64,000 nucleotides of DNA. Source: Eledone cirrhosa. Lineage: Eukaryota. The notes below the pieces were generated by a model that was not told where the DNA came from, did no database searches, and worked only from the letters and a program-made list of their open reading frames with translations. The stretch lies in NCBI GenBank assembly GCA_964016885.1, contig OZ024749.1, forward strand, positions 14,260,001 through 14,324,000. Reading direction: 5' to 3'. Each line of letters opens with the position of its first letter. Positions within the stretch are counted from its first letter, which is position 1. Positions 41,701-59,700 of this stretch are shown piece by piece. Made by a program: the position numbers and the translations under genes.

Positions 41701-44700
41701 ACAGGTCTGTCACACATACTATATGGCACAGGTCTGTCACACATGCTATATGGCACAGGTCTTCCACACATACTATATGGCACAGGTGTGCCACACATAC
41801 TATATGGCACAGGTCTGCCACACATACTATATGGCACAGGTGTGCCACACATACTATAAGGCACAGGTCTGTCACCCATACTATATGGCACAGGTGTCCC
41901 ACACATACTATATGGCACAGGTCTCCCACACATACTATATGGCACAGGTCTTCCACACATACTATATGGCACAGGTCTTCCACACATACTATATGGCACA
42001 GGCCTTCCACACATACTATATGGCACAGGTCTTCCACACGTACTATATGGCACAGGTATGTCACACATACTATATAGGACAGGTCTGTCACACATACTAT
42101 ATGGCACAGGTCTTCCACACATACTATATGGCACAGGTCTTCCACACATACTATATGGCACAGGTGTGCCACATACTATATGGCACAGGTCTTCCACACA
42201 TACTATATGGCACAGGTCTTCCACACATACTATATGGCACAGGTCTCCCACACATACTATATGGCACATGTCTTCCACACATACTATATGGCACAGGTCT
42301 TCCACACATACTATATGGCACAGGTCTTCCACACATACTGTATGGCACAGGTGTCCCACACATACTATATGGCACAGGTCTCCCACACATACTATATGGC
42401 ACAGGTGTCCCACACATACTATATGGCACAGGTATGCCACACATACTATATGGCACAGGTGTACCACACATACTATATGGCACAGGTCTTCCACACATAC
42501 TATATGGCACAGGTCTTCCACACATACTATATGGCACAGGTGTCCCACACATACTATATGGCACAGGTCTGTCACACATACTATATGGCACAGGTCTGCC
42601 ACACATACTATATGGCACAGGTCTTCCACACATACTATATGGCACAGGTCTGTCACACATACTATATGGCACAGGTGTCCCACACATACAATATGGCACA
42701 GGTCTACCACACATACTATATGGCACAGGTGTCCCACACATACTATATGGCACAGGTCTGTCACACATACTATATGGCACAGGTCTTCCACACATACTAT
42801 ATGGCACAGGTCTGTCACACATACTATATGGCACAGGTCTGTCACACATGCTATATGGCACAGGTGTGCCACACATACTATATGGCACAGGTGTCCCACA
42901 CATACTATATGGCACAGGTGTGCCACACATACTATATGGCACAGGTCTGTCACACATACTATATGGCACAGGTGTCCCACACATACTATATGGCACAGGT
43001 GTCCCACACATACTATATGGCACAGGTCTTCCACACATACTATATGGCACAGGTCAGTCACACATACTATATGGCACAGGTCTTCCACACATACTATATG
43101 GCACAGGTGTCCCACACATACTATATGGAAGAGGTGTCCCACACATACTATATGGCACAGGTATGCCACATACTATATGGCACAGGTGTACCACACATAC
43201 TATATGGGACAGGTCTTCCACACATACTATATGGCACAGGTGTCCCACACATACTATATGGCACAGGTCTGTCACACATACTATATGGCACAGGTCTTCC
43301 AGACATACTATATGGCACAGGTGTACCACACATACTATATAGCACAGGTGTCCCACACATACTATATGGCACAGGTCTTCCACACATACTATATGGCACA
43401 GGTGTCCCACACATACTATATGGCACTGGTCTTCCACACATACTATATGGCACAGGTATGCCACACATACTATATGGCACAGGTCTGCCACACATACTAT
43501 ATGGCACAGGTCTTCCACACATACTCTATGGCACAGGTCTGCCACACATACTATATGGCACAGGTGTCCCACACATACTATATGGCACAGGTCTTCCACA
43601 CATACTATATGGTACAGGTCTGCCACACATACTATATGGCACAGGTCTTCCACACATACTATATGGCACAGGTCTGTCACACATGCTATATGGCACAGGT
43701 CTTCCACACATACTATATGGCAGAGGTGTGCCACACATACTATATGGCACAGGTCTGCCATACATACTATATGGCACAGGTGTGCCACACATACTATATG
43801 GCACAGGTCTGTCACACATACTATATGGCACAGGTGTCCCACACATACTATATGGCACAGGTGTCCCACACATACTATATGACACAGGTCTTCCACACAT
43901 ACTATATGGCACAGGTCTTCCACACATACTATATGGCACAGGTCTTCCACACATACTATATGGCACAGGTCTTCCACACGTACTATATGGCGCAGGTATG
44001 TCACACATACTATATAGGACAGGTCTGTCACACATACTATATGGCACAGGTATGTTACACATACTATATGGCACAGGTCTGTCACACATACTATATGGCA
44101 CAGGTCTTCCACACATACTATATGGCACAGGTGTCCCACACATACTATATGGCACAGGTCTGTCACACATACTATATGGCACAGGTCTTCCACACATACT
44201 ATATGGCACAGGTCTTCCACACATACTGTATGGCACAGGTGTCCCACACATACTATATGGCACAGGTCTTCCACACATACTATATGGCACAGGTGTCCCA
44301 CACATACTATATGGCACAGGTGTCCCACACATACTATATGGCACAGGTATGCCACACATACTATATGGCACAGGTGTACCACACATACTATATGGCACAG
44401 GTCTTCCACACATACTATATGGCACAGGTCTTCCACACATACTATATGGCACAGGTGTCCCACACATACTATATGGCACAGGTCTGTCACACATACTATA
44501 TGGCACAGGTCTGCCACACATACTATATGGCACAGGTCTTCCACACATACTATATGGCACAGGTCTGTCACACATACTATATGGCACAGGTGTCCCACAC
44601 ATACTATATGGCACAGGTCTACCACACATACTATATGGCACAGGTGTCCCACACATACTATATGGCACAGGTCTGTCACACATACTATATGGCACAGGTC

Positions 44701-47700
44701 TTCCACACATACTATATGGCACAGGTGTACCACACATACTATATGGCACAGGTCTGCCACACATACTATATGGCACATGTCTTCCACACATACTATATGG
44801 CACAGGTCTGTCACACATACTATATGGCACAGGTCTGTCACACATGCTATATGGCACAGGTGTGCCACACATACTATATGGCACAGGTGTCCCACACATA
44901 CTATATGGCACAGGTGTGCCACACATACTATATGGCACAGGTCTGTCACACATACTATATGGCACAGGTGTCCCACACATACTATATGGCACAGGTGTCC
45001 CACACATACTATATGGCACAGGTCTTCCACACATACTATATGGCACAGGTCAGTCACACATACTATATGGCACAGGTCTTCCACACATACTATATGGCAC
45101 AGGTGTCCCACACATACTATATGGAAGAGGTGTCCCACACATACTATATGGCACAGGTATGCCACATACTATATGGCACAGGTGTACCACACATACTATA
45201 TGGCACAGGTCTTCCACACATACTATATGGCACAGTAGTCCCACACATACTATATGGCACAGGTCTGTCACACATACTATATGGCACAGGTCTTCCACAC
45301 ATACTATATGGCACAGGTGTACCACACATACTATATAGCACAGGTGTCCCACACATACTATATGGCACAGGTCTTCCACACATACTATATGGCACAGGTG
45401 TCCCACACATACTATATGGCACTGGTCTTCCACACATACTATATGGCACAGGTATGCCACACATACTATATGGCACAGGTCTGCCACACATACTATATGG
45501 CACAGGTCTTCCACACATACTCTATGGCACAGGTCTGCCACACATACTATATGGCACATGTCTTCCACACATACTATATGGCACAGGTCTTCCACACATA
45601 CTATATGGTACAGGTCTGCCACACATACTATATGGCACAGGTCTTCCACACATACTATATGGCACAGGTCTGTCACACATGCTATATGGCACAGGTCTTC
45701 CACACATACTATATGGCAGAGGTGTGCCACACATACTATATGGCACAGGTCTGCCACACATACTATATGGCACAGGTGTGCCACACATACTATATGGCAC
45801 AGGTCTGTCACACATACTATATGGCACAGGTGTCCCACACATACTATATGGCACAGGTGTCCCACACATACTATATGACACAGGTCTTCCACACATACTA
45901 TATGGCACAGGTCTTCCACACATACTATATGGCACAGGTCTTCCACACATACTATATGGCACAGGTCTTCCACACATACTATATGGCACAGGTCTTCCAC
46001 ACGTACTATATGGCGCAGGTATGTCACACATACTATATAGGACAGGTCTGTCACACATACTATATGGCACAGGTCATCCACACATACTATATGGCACAGG
46101 TGTACCACACGTACTATATGGCACAGGTATGTCACACATACTATATGGCACAGGTCTGTCACACATACTATATGGCACAGGTCTTCCACACATACTATAT
46201 GGCACAGGTGTCCCACACATACTATATGGCACAGGTCTGTCACACATACTATATGGCACAGGTCTTCCACACATACTATATGGCACAGGTGTACCACACA
46301 TACTATATGGCACAGGTCTGCCACACATACTATATGGCACATGTCTTCCACACGTACTATATGGCACAGGTCTGTCATACATACTATATGGCACAGGTCT
46401 GTCACACATGCTATATGGCACAGGTCTTCCACACATACTATATGGCACAGGTCTGCCACACATAATATATGGCACAGGTCTGCCACACATACTATATGGC
46501 ACAGGTGTGCCACACATACTATATGCCACAGGTCTGTCACACATACTATATGGCACAGGTGTCCCACACATACTATATGGCACAGGTGTCCCACACATAC
46601 TATATGGCACAGGTCTTCCACACATACTATATGGCACAGGTCAGTCACACATACTATATGGCACAGGTCTGCCACACATACTATATGGCACAGGTGTCCC
46701 ACACATACTATATGGCACAGGTATGCCACACATACTATATGGCACAGGTGTACCACACATACTATATGGCACAGGTCTTCCACACATAATATATGGCACA
46801 GGTGTCCCACACATACTATATGGCACAGGTCTGTCACACATACTATATGGCACAGGTCTTCCATACATACTATATGGCACAGGTGTACCACACATACTAT
46901 ATAGCACAGGTGTCCCACACATACTATATGGCACAGGTCTTCCACACATACTATATGGCACAGGTGTCCCACACATACTATATGGCACTGGTCTTCCACA
47001 CATACTATATGGCACAGGTCTGCTACACATACTATATGGCACAGGTCTGCCACACATACTATATGGCACAGGTCTTCCACACATACTATATCGCACAGGT
47101 CTGCCACACATACTATATGGCACATGTCTTCCACACATACTATATGGCACAGGTCTTCCACACATACTATATGGCACAGGTCTGCCACACATACTATATG
47201 GCACAGGTCTTCCACACATACTATATGGCACAGGTCTGCCACACATACTATATGGCACATGTCTTCCACACATACTATATGGCACAGGTCTTCCACACAT
47301 ACTATATGGCACTGGTGTTCCACACATACTATATGGCACAGGTGTGCCAAACATACTATATGGCACAGGTCTGCCACACATACTATATGGCACAGGTGTG
47401 GCACACATACTATATGGCACAGGTCTGTCACACATACTATATGGCACAGGTGTCCCACACATACTATATGGCACATGTCTTCCACACATACTATATGGCA
47501 CAGGCGTCCCACACATACTATATGGCACAGGTCTGTCACACATACTATATGGCACAGGTCTTCCACACATACTATATGGCACAGGTGTACCACACATACT
47601 ATATGGCACAGGTCTGCCACACATACTATATGGCACATGTCTTCCACACATACTATATGGCACAGGTCTGTCACACATGCTATATGGCACAGGTCTTCCA

Positions 47701-50700
47701 CACATACTATATGGCACAGGTGTGCCACACATACTATATGGCACAGGTCTGCCACACATACTATATGGCACAGGTGTGCCACACATACTATATGGCACAG
47801 GTCTGTCACACATACTATATGGCACAGGTGTTCCACACATACTATATGGCACAGGTGTCCCACACATACTATATGGCACAGGTCTTCCACACATACTATA
47901 TGGCACAGGTCTTCCACACATACTATATGGCACAGGTCTCCCACACATACTATATGGCACAGGTGTGCCACATACTATATGGCACAGGTCTTCCACACAT
48001 ACTATATGGCACAGGTCTTCCACACATACTATATGGCACAGGTCTTCCACACATACTATATGGCACATGTCTTCCACACATACTATATGGCACAGGTCTT
48101 CCACACATACTATATGGCACAGGTCTTCCACACATACTGTATGGCACAGGTGTCCCACACATACTATATGGCACAGGTCTTCCACACATACTATCTGGCA
48201 CAGGTGTTCCACACATACTATATGGCACAGGTGTCCCACACATACTATATGGCACAGGTATGCCACACATACTATATGGCACAGGTGTACCACACATACT
48301 ATATGGCACAGGTCTTCCACACATACTATATGGCACAGGTCTTCCACACATACTATATGGCACAGGTGTCCCACACATACTATATGGCACAGGTCTGTCA
48401 CACATACTATATGGCACAGGTCTGCCACACATACTATATGGCACAGGTCTTCCACACATACTATATGGCACAGGTCTGTCACACATACTATATGGCACAG
48501 GTGTCCCACACATACTATATGGCACAGGTCTACCACACATACTATATGGCACAGGTGTCCCACACATACTATATGGCACAGGTCTGTCACACATACTATA
48601 TGGCACAGGTCTGTCACACATGCTATATGGCACAGGTGTGCCACACATACTATATGGCACAGGTGTCCCACACATACTATATGGCACAGGTGTGCCACAC
48701 ATACTATATGGCACAGGTCTGTCACACATACTATATGGCACAGGTGTCCCACACATACTATATGGCACAGGTGTCCCACACATAATATATGGCACAGGTC
48801 TTCCACACATACTATATGGCACAGGTCAGTCACACATACTATATGGCACAGGTCTTCCACACATACTATATGGCACAGGTGTCCCACACATACTATATGG
48901 AAGAGGTGTCCCACACATACTATATGGCACAGGTATTCCACATACTATATGGCACAGGTGTACCACACATACTATATGGCACAGGTCTTCCACACATACT
49001 ATATGGCACAGGTGTCCCACACATACTATATGGCACAGGTCTGTCACACATACTATATGGCACAGGTCTTCCACACATACTATATGGCACAGGTGTACCA
49101 CACATTCTATATAGCACAGGTGTCCCACACATACTATATGGCACAGGTCTTCCACACATACTATATGGCACAGGTGTCCCACACATACTATATGGCACAG
49201 GTCTCCCACACATACTATATGGCACAGGTGTGCCACATACTATATGGCACAGGTCTTCCACACATACTATATGGCACAGGTCTTCCACACATACTATATG
49301 GCACAGGTCTTCCACACATACTATATGGCACATGTCTTCCACACATACTATATGGCACAGGTCTTCCACACATACTATATGGCACAGGTCTTCCACACAT
49401 ACTGTATGGCACAGGTGTCCCACACATACTATATGGCACAGGTCTGCCACACATACTATATGGCACAGGTCTGCCACACATACTATATGGCACAGGTCTT
49501 CCACACATACTATATGGCACAGGTCTTCCACACATACTATATGGCACATGTCTTCCACACATACTATATGGCACAGGTCTTCCACACATACTATATGGCA
49601 CAGGTCTGCCACACATACTATATGGCACAGGTCTTCCACACATACTATATGGCACAGGTCTGCCACACATACTATATGGCACATGTCTTCCACACATACT
49701 ATATGGCACAGGTCTTCCACACATACTATATGGCACTGGTCTTCCACACATACTATATGGCACAGGTCTGCCACACATACTATATGGCACAGGTGTGCCA
49801 AACATACTATATGGCACAGGTCTGCCACACATACTATATGGCACATGTGTGCCACACATACTATATGGCACAGGTCTGTCACACATACTATATGGCACAG
49901 GTGTCCCACACATACTATATGGCACAGGTCTTCCACACATACTATATGGCACAGGTGTCCCACACATACTATATGGCACAGGTCTGTCACACATACTATA
50001 TGGCACAGGTCTTCCACACATACTATATGGCACAGGTGTACCACACATACTATATGGCACAGGTCTGCCACACATACTATATGGCACATGTCTTCCACAC
50101 ATACTATATGGCACAGGTCTGTCACACATACTATATGGCACAGGTCTGTCACACATGCTATATGGCACAGGTCTTCCACACATACTATATGGCAGAGGTG
50201 TGCCACACATACTATATGGCACAGGTCTGCCACACATACTATATGGCACAGGTGTGCCACACATACTATATGGCACAGGTCTGTCACACATACTATATGG
50301 CACAGGTGTCCCACACATACTATATGGCACAGGTGTCCCACACATACTATATGACACAGGTCTTCCACACATACTATATGGCACAGGTCTTCCACACATA
50401 CTATATGGCACAGGTCTTCCACACATACTATATGGCACAGGTCTTCCAAACATACTATATGGCACAGGTCTTCCACACGTACTATATGGCGCAGGTATGT
50501 CACACATACTATATAGGACAGGTCTGTCACACATACTATATGGCACAGGTCTTCCACACATACTATATGGCACAGGTGTACCACACGTACTATATGGCAC
50601 AGGTATGTCACACATACTATATGGCACAGGTCTGTCACACATACTATATGGCACAGGTGTCCCACACATACTATATGGCACAGGTCTTCCACACATACTA

Positions 50701-53700
50701 TATGGCACAGGTGTCCCACACATACTATATGGCACTGGTCTGTCACACATACTATATGGCACAGGTCTTCCACACATACTATATGGCACAGGTGTACCAC
50801 ACGTACTATATGGCACAGGTATGTCACACATACTATATGGCACAGGTCTGTCACACATACTATATGGCACAGGTGTCCCACAGATACTATATGGCACAGG
50901 TCTTCCACACATACTATATGGCACAGGTGTCCCACACATACTATATGGCACTGGTCTGTCACACATACTATATGGCACAGGTCTTCCACACATACTATAT
51001 GGCACAGGTCTTCCACACTTACTATATGGCACAGGTATGTCACACATACTATATAGGACAGGTCTGTCACACATACTATATGGCACAGGTCTTCCACACA
51101 TACTATATGGCACAGGTCTTCCACACATACTATATGGCACAGGTCTTCCACACATACTATATGGCACAAGTCTTCCACACATACTATATGGCACAGGTCT
51201 GTCACACATACTATATGGCACAGGTCTTCCACACATACTATATGGCACAGGTCTTCCACACATACTATATGGCACAGGTATGCCACACATACTATATGGC
51301 ACAGGTCTTCCACACATACTATATGGCACAGGTATGTCACACATACTATATGGCACAGGTCATCCACACGTAATATATGGCACAGGTCTTCCACACATAC
51401 TATATGGCACAGGTGTCCCACACATACTATATGGCACAGGTGTCCCACACATACTATATGGCACAGGTCTTCCACACATACTATATGGCACAGGTGTCCC
51501 ACACATACTATATGGCACAGGTCTGCCACATACTATATGGCACAGGTCTTCCACACATACTATATGGCACAAGTCTGCCACACATACTATATGGCACAGG
51601 TCTGTCACACATACTATATGGCACAGGTCTGTCACACATACTATATGGCACAGGTGTGCCACACATACTATATGGCACAGGTCTGTCACACATACTATAT
51701 GGCACAGGTGTGCCACACATGCTATATGGCACAGGTCTTCCACACATACTATATGGCACAGGTCTTCCACATATACTATATGGCACAGGTGTGCCACATA
51801 CTATATGGCACAGGTCTTCCACACATACTATATGGCACAGGTCTGCCACACATACAATATGGCACAGGTCTTCCACACATACTATATGGCACATGTCTTC
51901 CACACATACTATATGGCACAGGTCTTCCACACATACTATATGGCACAGGTCTTCCACACATACTGTATGGCACAGGTGTCCCACACATACTATATGGCAC
52001 AGGTGTCCCACACATACTATATGGCACAGGTCTTCCACACATACTATATGGCACAGGTGTCCCACACATACTATATGGCACAGGAATTCCACACATACTA
52101 TATGGCACAGGTGTACCACACATACTATATGGCACAGGTCTTCCACACATACTATATGGCACAGGTCTGCCACACATACTATATGGCACAGGTGTCCCAC
52201 ACATACTATATGGCACAGGTCTGTCACACATACTATATGGCACAGGTCTGCCACACATACTATATGGCACAGGTGTACCACACATACTATATGGCACAGG
52301 TCTTCCACACATACTATATGGCACAGGTGTCCCACACATACTATATGGCACAGGTCTGTCACACATACTATATGGCACAGGTCTTCCACACATACTATAT
52401 GGCACAGGTGTACCACACATACTATATGGCACAGGTCTGCCACACATACTATATGGCACATGTCTTCCACACATACTATATGGCACAGGTCTGTCACACA
52501 TACTATATGGCACAGGTCTGTCACACATGCTATATGGCACAGGTCTTCCACACATACTATATGGCACATGTGTGCCACACATACTATATGGCACAGGTCT
52601 GTCACACATACTATATGGCACAGGTGTCCCACACATACTATATGGCACAGGTCTTCCACACATACTATATGGCACAGGTGTCCCACACATACTATATGGC
52701 ACAGGTCTGTCACACATACTATATGGCACAGGTCTTCCACACATACTATATGGCACAGGTGTACCACACATACTATATGGCACAGGTCTGTCACACATAC
52801 TATATGGCACAGGTCTTCCACACATACTATATGGCACAGGTCTGTCACACATACTATATGGCACAGGTCTGTCACACATGCTATATGGCACAGGTCTTCC
52901 ACACATACTATATGGCAGAGGTGTGCCACACATACTATATGGCACAGGTCTGCCACACATACTATATGGCACAGGTGTGCCACACATACTATATGGCACA
53001 GGTCTGTCACACATACTATATGGCACAGGTGTCCCACACATACTATATGGCACAGGTGTCCCACACATACTATATGACACAGGTCTTCCACACATACTAT
53101 ATGGCACAGGTCTTCCACACATACTATATGGCACAGGTCTTCCACACATACTATATGGCACAGGTCTTCCACACATACTATATGGCACAGGTCTTCCACA
53201 CGTACTATATGGCGCAGGTATGTCACACATACTATATAGGACAGGTCTGTCACACATACTATATGGCACAGGTCTTCCACACATACTATATGGCACAGGT
53301 GTACCACACGTACTATATGGCACAGGTATGTCACACATACTATATGGCACAGGTCTGTCACACATACTATATGGCACAGGTGTCCCACACATACTATATG
53401 GCACAGGTCTTCCACACATACTATATGGCACAGGTGTCCCACACATACTATATGGCACTGGTCTGTCACACATACTATATGGCACAGGTCTTCCACACAT
53501 ACTATATGGCACAGGTGTACCACACGTACTATATGGCACAGGTATGTCACACATACTATATGGCACAGGTCTGTCACACATACTATATGGCACAGGTGTC
53601 CCACAGATACTATATGGCACAGGTCTTCCACACATACTATATGGCACAGGTGTCCCACACATACTATATGGCACTGGTCTGTCACACATACTATATGGCA

Positions 53701-56700
53701 CAGGTCTTCCACACATACTATATGGCACAGGTCTTCCACACTTACTATATGGCACAGGTATGTCACACATACTATATAGGACAGGTCTGTCACACATACT
53801 ATATGGCACAGGTCTTCCACACATACTATATGGCACAGGTCTTCCACACATACTATATGGCACAGGTCTTCCACACATACTATATGGCACAAGTCTTCCA
53901 CACATACTATATGGCACAGGTCTGTCACACATACTATATGGCACAGGTCTTCCACACATACTATATGGCACAGGTCTTCCACACATACTATATGGCACAG
54001 GTATGCCACACATACTATATGGCACAGGTCTTCCACACATACTATATGGCACAGGTATGTCACACATACTATATGGCACAGGTCATCCACACGTAATATA
54101 TGGCACAGGTCTTCCACACATACTATATGGCACAGGTGTCCCACACATACTATATGGCACAGGTGTCCCACACATACTATATGGCACAGGTCTTCCACAC
54201 ATACTATATGGCACAGGTGTCCCACACATACTATATGGCACAGGTCTGCCACATACTATATGGCACAGGTCTTCCACACATACTATATGGCACAAGTCTG
54301 CCACACATACTATATGGCACAGGTCTGTCACACATACTATATGGCACAGGTCTGTCACACATACTATATGGCACAGGTGTGCCACACATACTATATGGCA
54401 CAGGTCTGTCACACATACTATATGGCACAGGTGTGCCACACATGCTATATGGCACAGGTCTTCCACACATACTATATGGCACAGGTCTTCCACATATACT
54501 ATATGGCACAGGTGTGCCACATACTATATGGCACAGGTCTTCCACACATACTATATGGCACAGGTCTGCCACACATACAATATGGCACAGGTCTTCCACA
54601 CATACTATATGGCACATGTCTTCCACACATACTATATGGCACAGGTCTTCCACACATACTATATGGCACAGGTCTTCCACACATACTGTATGGCACAGGT
54701 GTCCCACACATACTATATGGCACAGGTGTCCCACACATACTATATGGCACAGGTCTTCCACACATACTATATGGCACAGGTGTCCCACACATACTATATG
54801 GCACAGGAATTCCACACATACTATATGGCACAGGTGTACCACACATACTATATGGCACAGGTCTTCCACACATACTATATGGCACAGGTCTGCCACACAT
54901 ACTATATGGCACAGGTGTCCCACACATACTATATGGCACAGGTCTGTCACACATACTATATGGCACAGGTCTGCCACACATACTATATGGCACAGGTGTA
55001 CCACACATACTATATGGCACAGGTCTTCCACACATACTATATGGCACAGGTGTCCCACACATACTATATGGCACAGGTCTGTCACACATACTATATGGCA
55101 CAGGTCTTCCACACATACTATATGGCACAGGTGTACCACACATACTATATGGCACAGGTCTGCCACACATACTATATGGCACATGTCTTCCACACATACT
55201 ATATGGCACAGGTCTGTCACACATACTATATGGCACAGGTCTGTCACACATGCTATATGGCACAGGTCTTCCACACATACTATATGGCACATGTGTGCCA
55301 CACATACTATATGGCACAGGTCTGTCACACATACTATATGGCACAGGTGTCCCACACATACTATATGGCACAGGTCTTCCACACATACTATATGGCACAG
55401 GTGTCCCACACATACTATATGGCACAGGTCTGTCACACATACTATATGGCACAGGTCTTCCACACATACTATATGGCACAGGTGTACCACACATACTATA
55501 TGGCACAGGTCTGTCACACATACTATATGGCACAGGTCTTCCACACATACTATATGGCACAGGTCTGTCACACATACTATATGGCACAGGTCTGTCACAC
55601 ATGCTATATGGCACAGGTCTTCCACACATACTATATGGCAGAGGTGTGCCACACATACTATATGGCACAGGTCTGCCACACATACTATATGGCACAGGTG
55701 TGCCACACATACTATATGGCACAGGTCTGTCACACATACTATATGGCACAGGTGTCCCACACATACTATATGGCACAGGTGTCCCACACATACTATATGA
55801 CACAGGTCTTCCACACATACTATATGGCACAGGTCTTCCACACATACTATATGGCACAGGTCTTCCACACATACTATATGGCACAGGTCTTCCACACATA
55901 CTATATGGCACAGGTCTTCCACACGTACTATATGGCGCAGGTATGTCACACATACTATATAGGACAGGTCTGTCACACATACTATATGGCACAGGTCTTC
56001 CACACATACTATATGGCACAGGTGTACCACACGTACTATATGGCACAGGTATGTCACACATACTATATGGCACAGGTCTGTCACACATACTATATGGCAC
56101 AGGTGTCCCACACATACTATATGGCACAGGTCTTCCACACATACTATATGGCACAGGTGTCCCACACATACTATATGGCACTGGTCTGTCACACATACTA
56201 TATGGCACAGGTCTTCCACACATACTATATGGCACAGGTGTACCACACGTACTATATGGCACAGGTATGTCACACATACTATATGGCACAGGTCTGTCAC
56301 ACATACTATATGGCACAGGTGTCCCACAGATACTATATGGCACAGGTCTTCCACACATACTATATGGCACAGGTGTCCCACACATACTATATGGCACTGG
56401 TCTGTCACACATACTATATGGCACAGGTCTTCCACACATACTATATGGCACAGGTCTTCCACACTTACTATATGGCACAGGTATGTCACACATACTATAT
56501 AGGACAGGTCTGTCACACATACTATATGGCACAGGTCTTCCACACATACTATATGGCACAGGTCTTCCACACATACTATATGGCACAGGTCTTCCACACA
56601 TACTATATGGCACAAGTCTTCCACACATACTATATGGCACAGGTCTGTCACACATACTATATGGCACAGGTCTTCCACACATACTATATGGCACAGGTCT

Positions 56701-59700
56701 TCCACACATACTATATGGCACAGGTATGCCACACATACTATATGGCACAGGTCTTCCACACATACTATATGGCACAGGTATGTCACACATACTATATGGC
56801 ACAGGTCATCCACACGTAATATATGGCACAGGTCTTCCACACATACTATATGGCACAGGTGTCCCACACATACTATATGGCACAGGTGTCCCACACATGC
56901 TATATGGCACAGGTCTTCCACACATACTATATGGCACAGGTGTCCCACACATACTATATGGCACAGGTCTGCCACATACTATATGGCACAGGTCTTCCAC
57001 ACATACTATATGGCACAAGTCTGCCACACATACTATATGGCACAGGTCTGTCACACATACTATATGGCACAGGTCTGTCACACATACTATATGGCACAGG
57101 TGTGCCACACATACTATATGGCACAGGTCTGTCACACATACTATATGGCACAGGTGTGCCACACATGCTATATGGCACAGGTCTTCCACACATACTATAT
57201 GGCACAGGTCTTCCACATATACTATATGGCACAGGTGTGCCACATACTATATGGCACAGGTCTTCCACACATACTATATGGCACAGGTCTTCCACACATA
57301 CAATATGGCACAGGTCTTCCACACATACTATATGGCACATGTCTTCCACACATACTATATGGCACAGGTCTTCCACACATACTATATGGCACAGGTCTTC
57401 CACACATACTGTATGGCACAGGTGTCCCACACATACTATATGGCACAGGTGTCCCACACATACTATATGGCACAGGTCTTCCACACATACTATATGGCAC
57501 AGGTGTCCCACACATACTATATGGCACAGGAATTCCACACATACTATATGGCACAGGTGTACCACACATACTATATGGCACAGGTCTTCCACACATACTA
57601 TATGGCACAGGTCTGCCACACATACTATATGGCACAGGTGTCCCACACATACTATATGGCACAGGTCTGTCACACATACTATATGGCACAGGTCTGCCAC
57701 ACATACTATATGGCACAGGTGTACCACACATACTATATGGCACAGGTCTTCCACACATACTATATGGCACAGGTGTCCCACACATACTATATGGCACAGG
57801 TCTGTCACACATACTATATGGCACAGGTCTTCCACACATACTATATGGCACAGGTGTACCACACATACTATATGGCACAGGTCTGCCACACATACTATAT
57901 GGCACATGTCTTCCACACATACTATATGGCACAGGTCTTCCACACATACTATATGGCACAGGTGTGCCACACATACTATATGGCACAGGTCTGCCACACA
58001 TACTATATGGCACAGGTGTGCCACACATACTATATGGCACAGGTCTGTCACACATAATATATGGCACAGGTGTCCCACACATACTATAAGGCACAGGTGT
58101 CCCACACATACTATATGGCACAGGTCTTCCACACATACTATATGGCCCAGGTCTGTCACACATACTATATGGCACAGGTCTGCCACACATACTATATGGC
58201 ACAGGTGTCCCACACATACTATATGGCACAGGTCTGTCACACATACTATATGGCACAGGTCTGCCACACATACTATATGGCACAGGTGTACCACACATAC
58301 TATATAGCACAGGTGTCCCACACATACTATATGGCACAGGTCTGCCACACATACTATATGGCACAGGTGTCCCACACATACTATATGGCACTGGTCTTCC
58401 ACACATACTATATGGCACAGGTCTGCCACACATACTATATGGCACAGGTCTGCCACACATACTATATGGCACAGGTCTTCCACACATACTATATGGCACA
58501 GGTCTGTCACACATACTATATGGCACATGTCTTCCACACATACTATATGGCACAGGTCTTCCACACATACTATATGGCACAGGTCTGCCACACATACTAT
58601 ATGGCACAGGTCTGCCACACATACTATATGGCACAGGTCTTCCACACATACTATATGGCACAGGTCTGCACACATACTATATGGCACATGTCTTCCACAC
58701 ATACTATATGGCACAGGTCTTCCACACATACTATATGGCACTGGTCTTCCACACATACTATATGGCACAGGTCTGCCACACATACTATATGGCACAGGTG
58801 TGCCAAACATACTATATGGCACACGTGTGCCACACATACTATATGGCACAGGTGTGCCACACATACTATATGGCACAGGTCTTCCACACATACTATATGG
58901 CACAGGTGTCCCACACATACTATATGGCACAGGTCTGTCACACATACTATATGGCACAGGTCTGCCACACATACTATATGGCACAGGTGTACCACACATA
59001 CTATATGGCACAGGTCTTCCACACATACTATATGGCACAGGTGTCCCACACATACTATATGGCACAGGTCTGTCACACATACTATATGGCACAGGTCTTC
59101 CACACATACTATATGGCACAGGTGTACCACACATACTATATGGCACAGGTCTGCCACACATACTATATGGCACATGTCTTCCACACATACTATATGGCAC
59201 AGGTCTGTCACACATACTATATGGCACAGGTCTGTCACACATGCTATATGGCACAGGTCTTCCACACATACTATATGGCACAGGTCTGCCACACATACTA
59301 TATGGCACAGGTCTGCCACACATACTATATGGCACAGGTGTGCCACACATACTATATGGCACAGGTCTGTCACACATAATATATGGCACAGGTGTCCCAC
59401 ACATACTATACGGCACAGGTGTCCCACACATACTATATGGCACAGGTCTTCCACACATACTATATGGCCCAGGTCTGTCACACATACTATATGGCACAGG
59501 TCTGCCATACATACTATATGGCACAGGTGTCCCACACATACTATATGGCACAGGTCTGTCACACATACTATATGGCACAGGTCTGCCACACATACTATAT
59601 GGCACAGGTGTACCACACATACTATATAGCACAGGTGTCCCACACATACTATATGGCACAGGTCTGCCACACATACTATATGGCACAGGTGTCCCACACA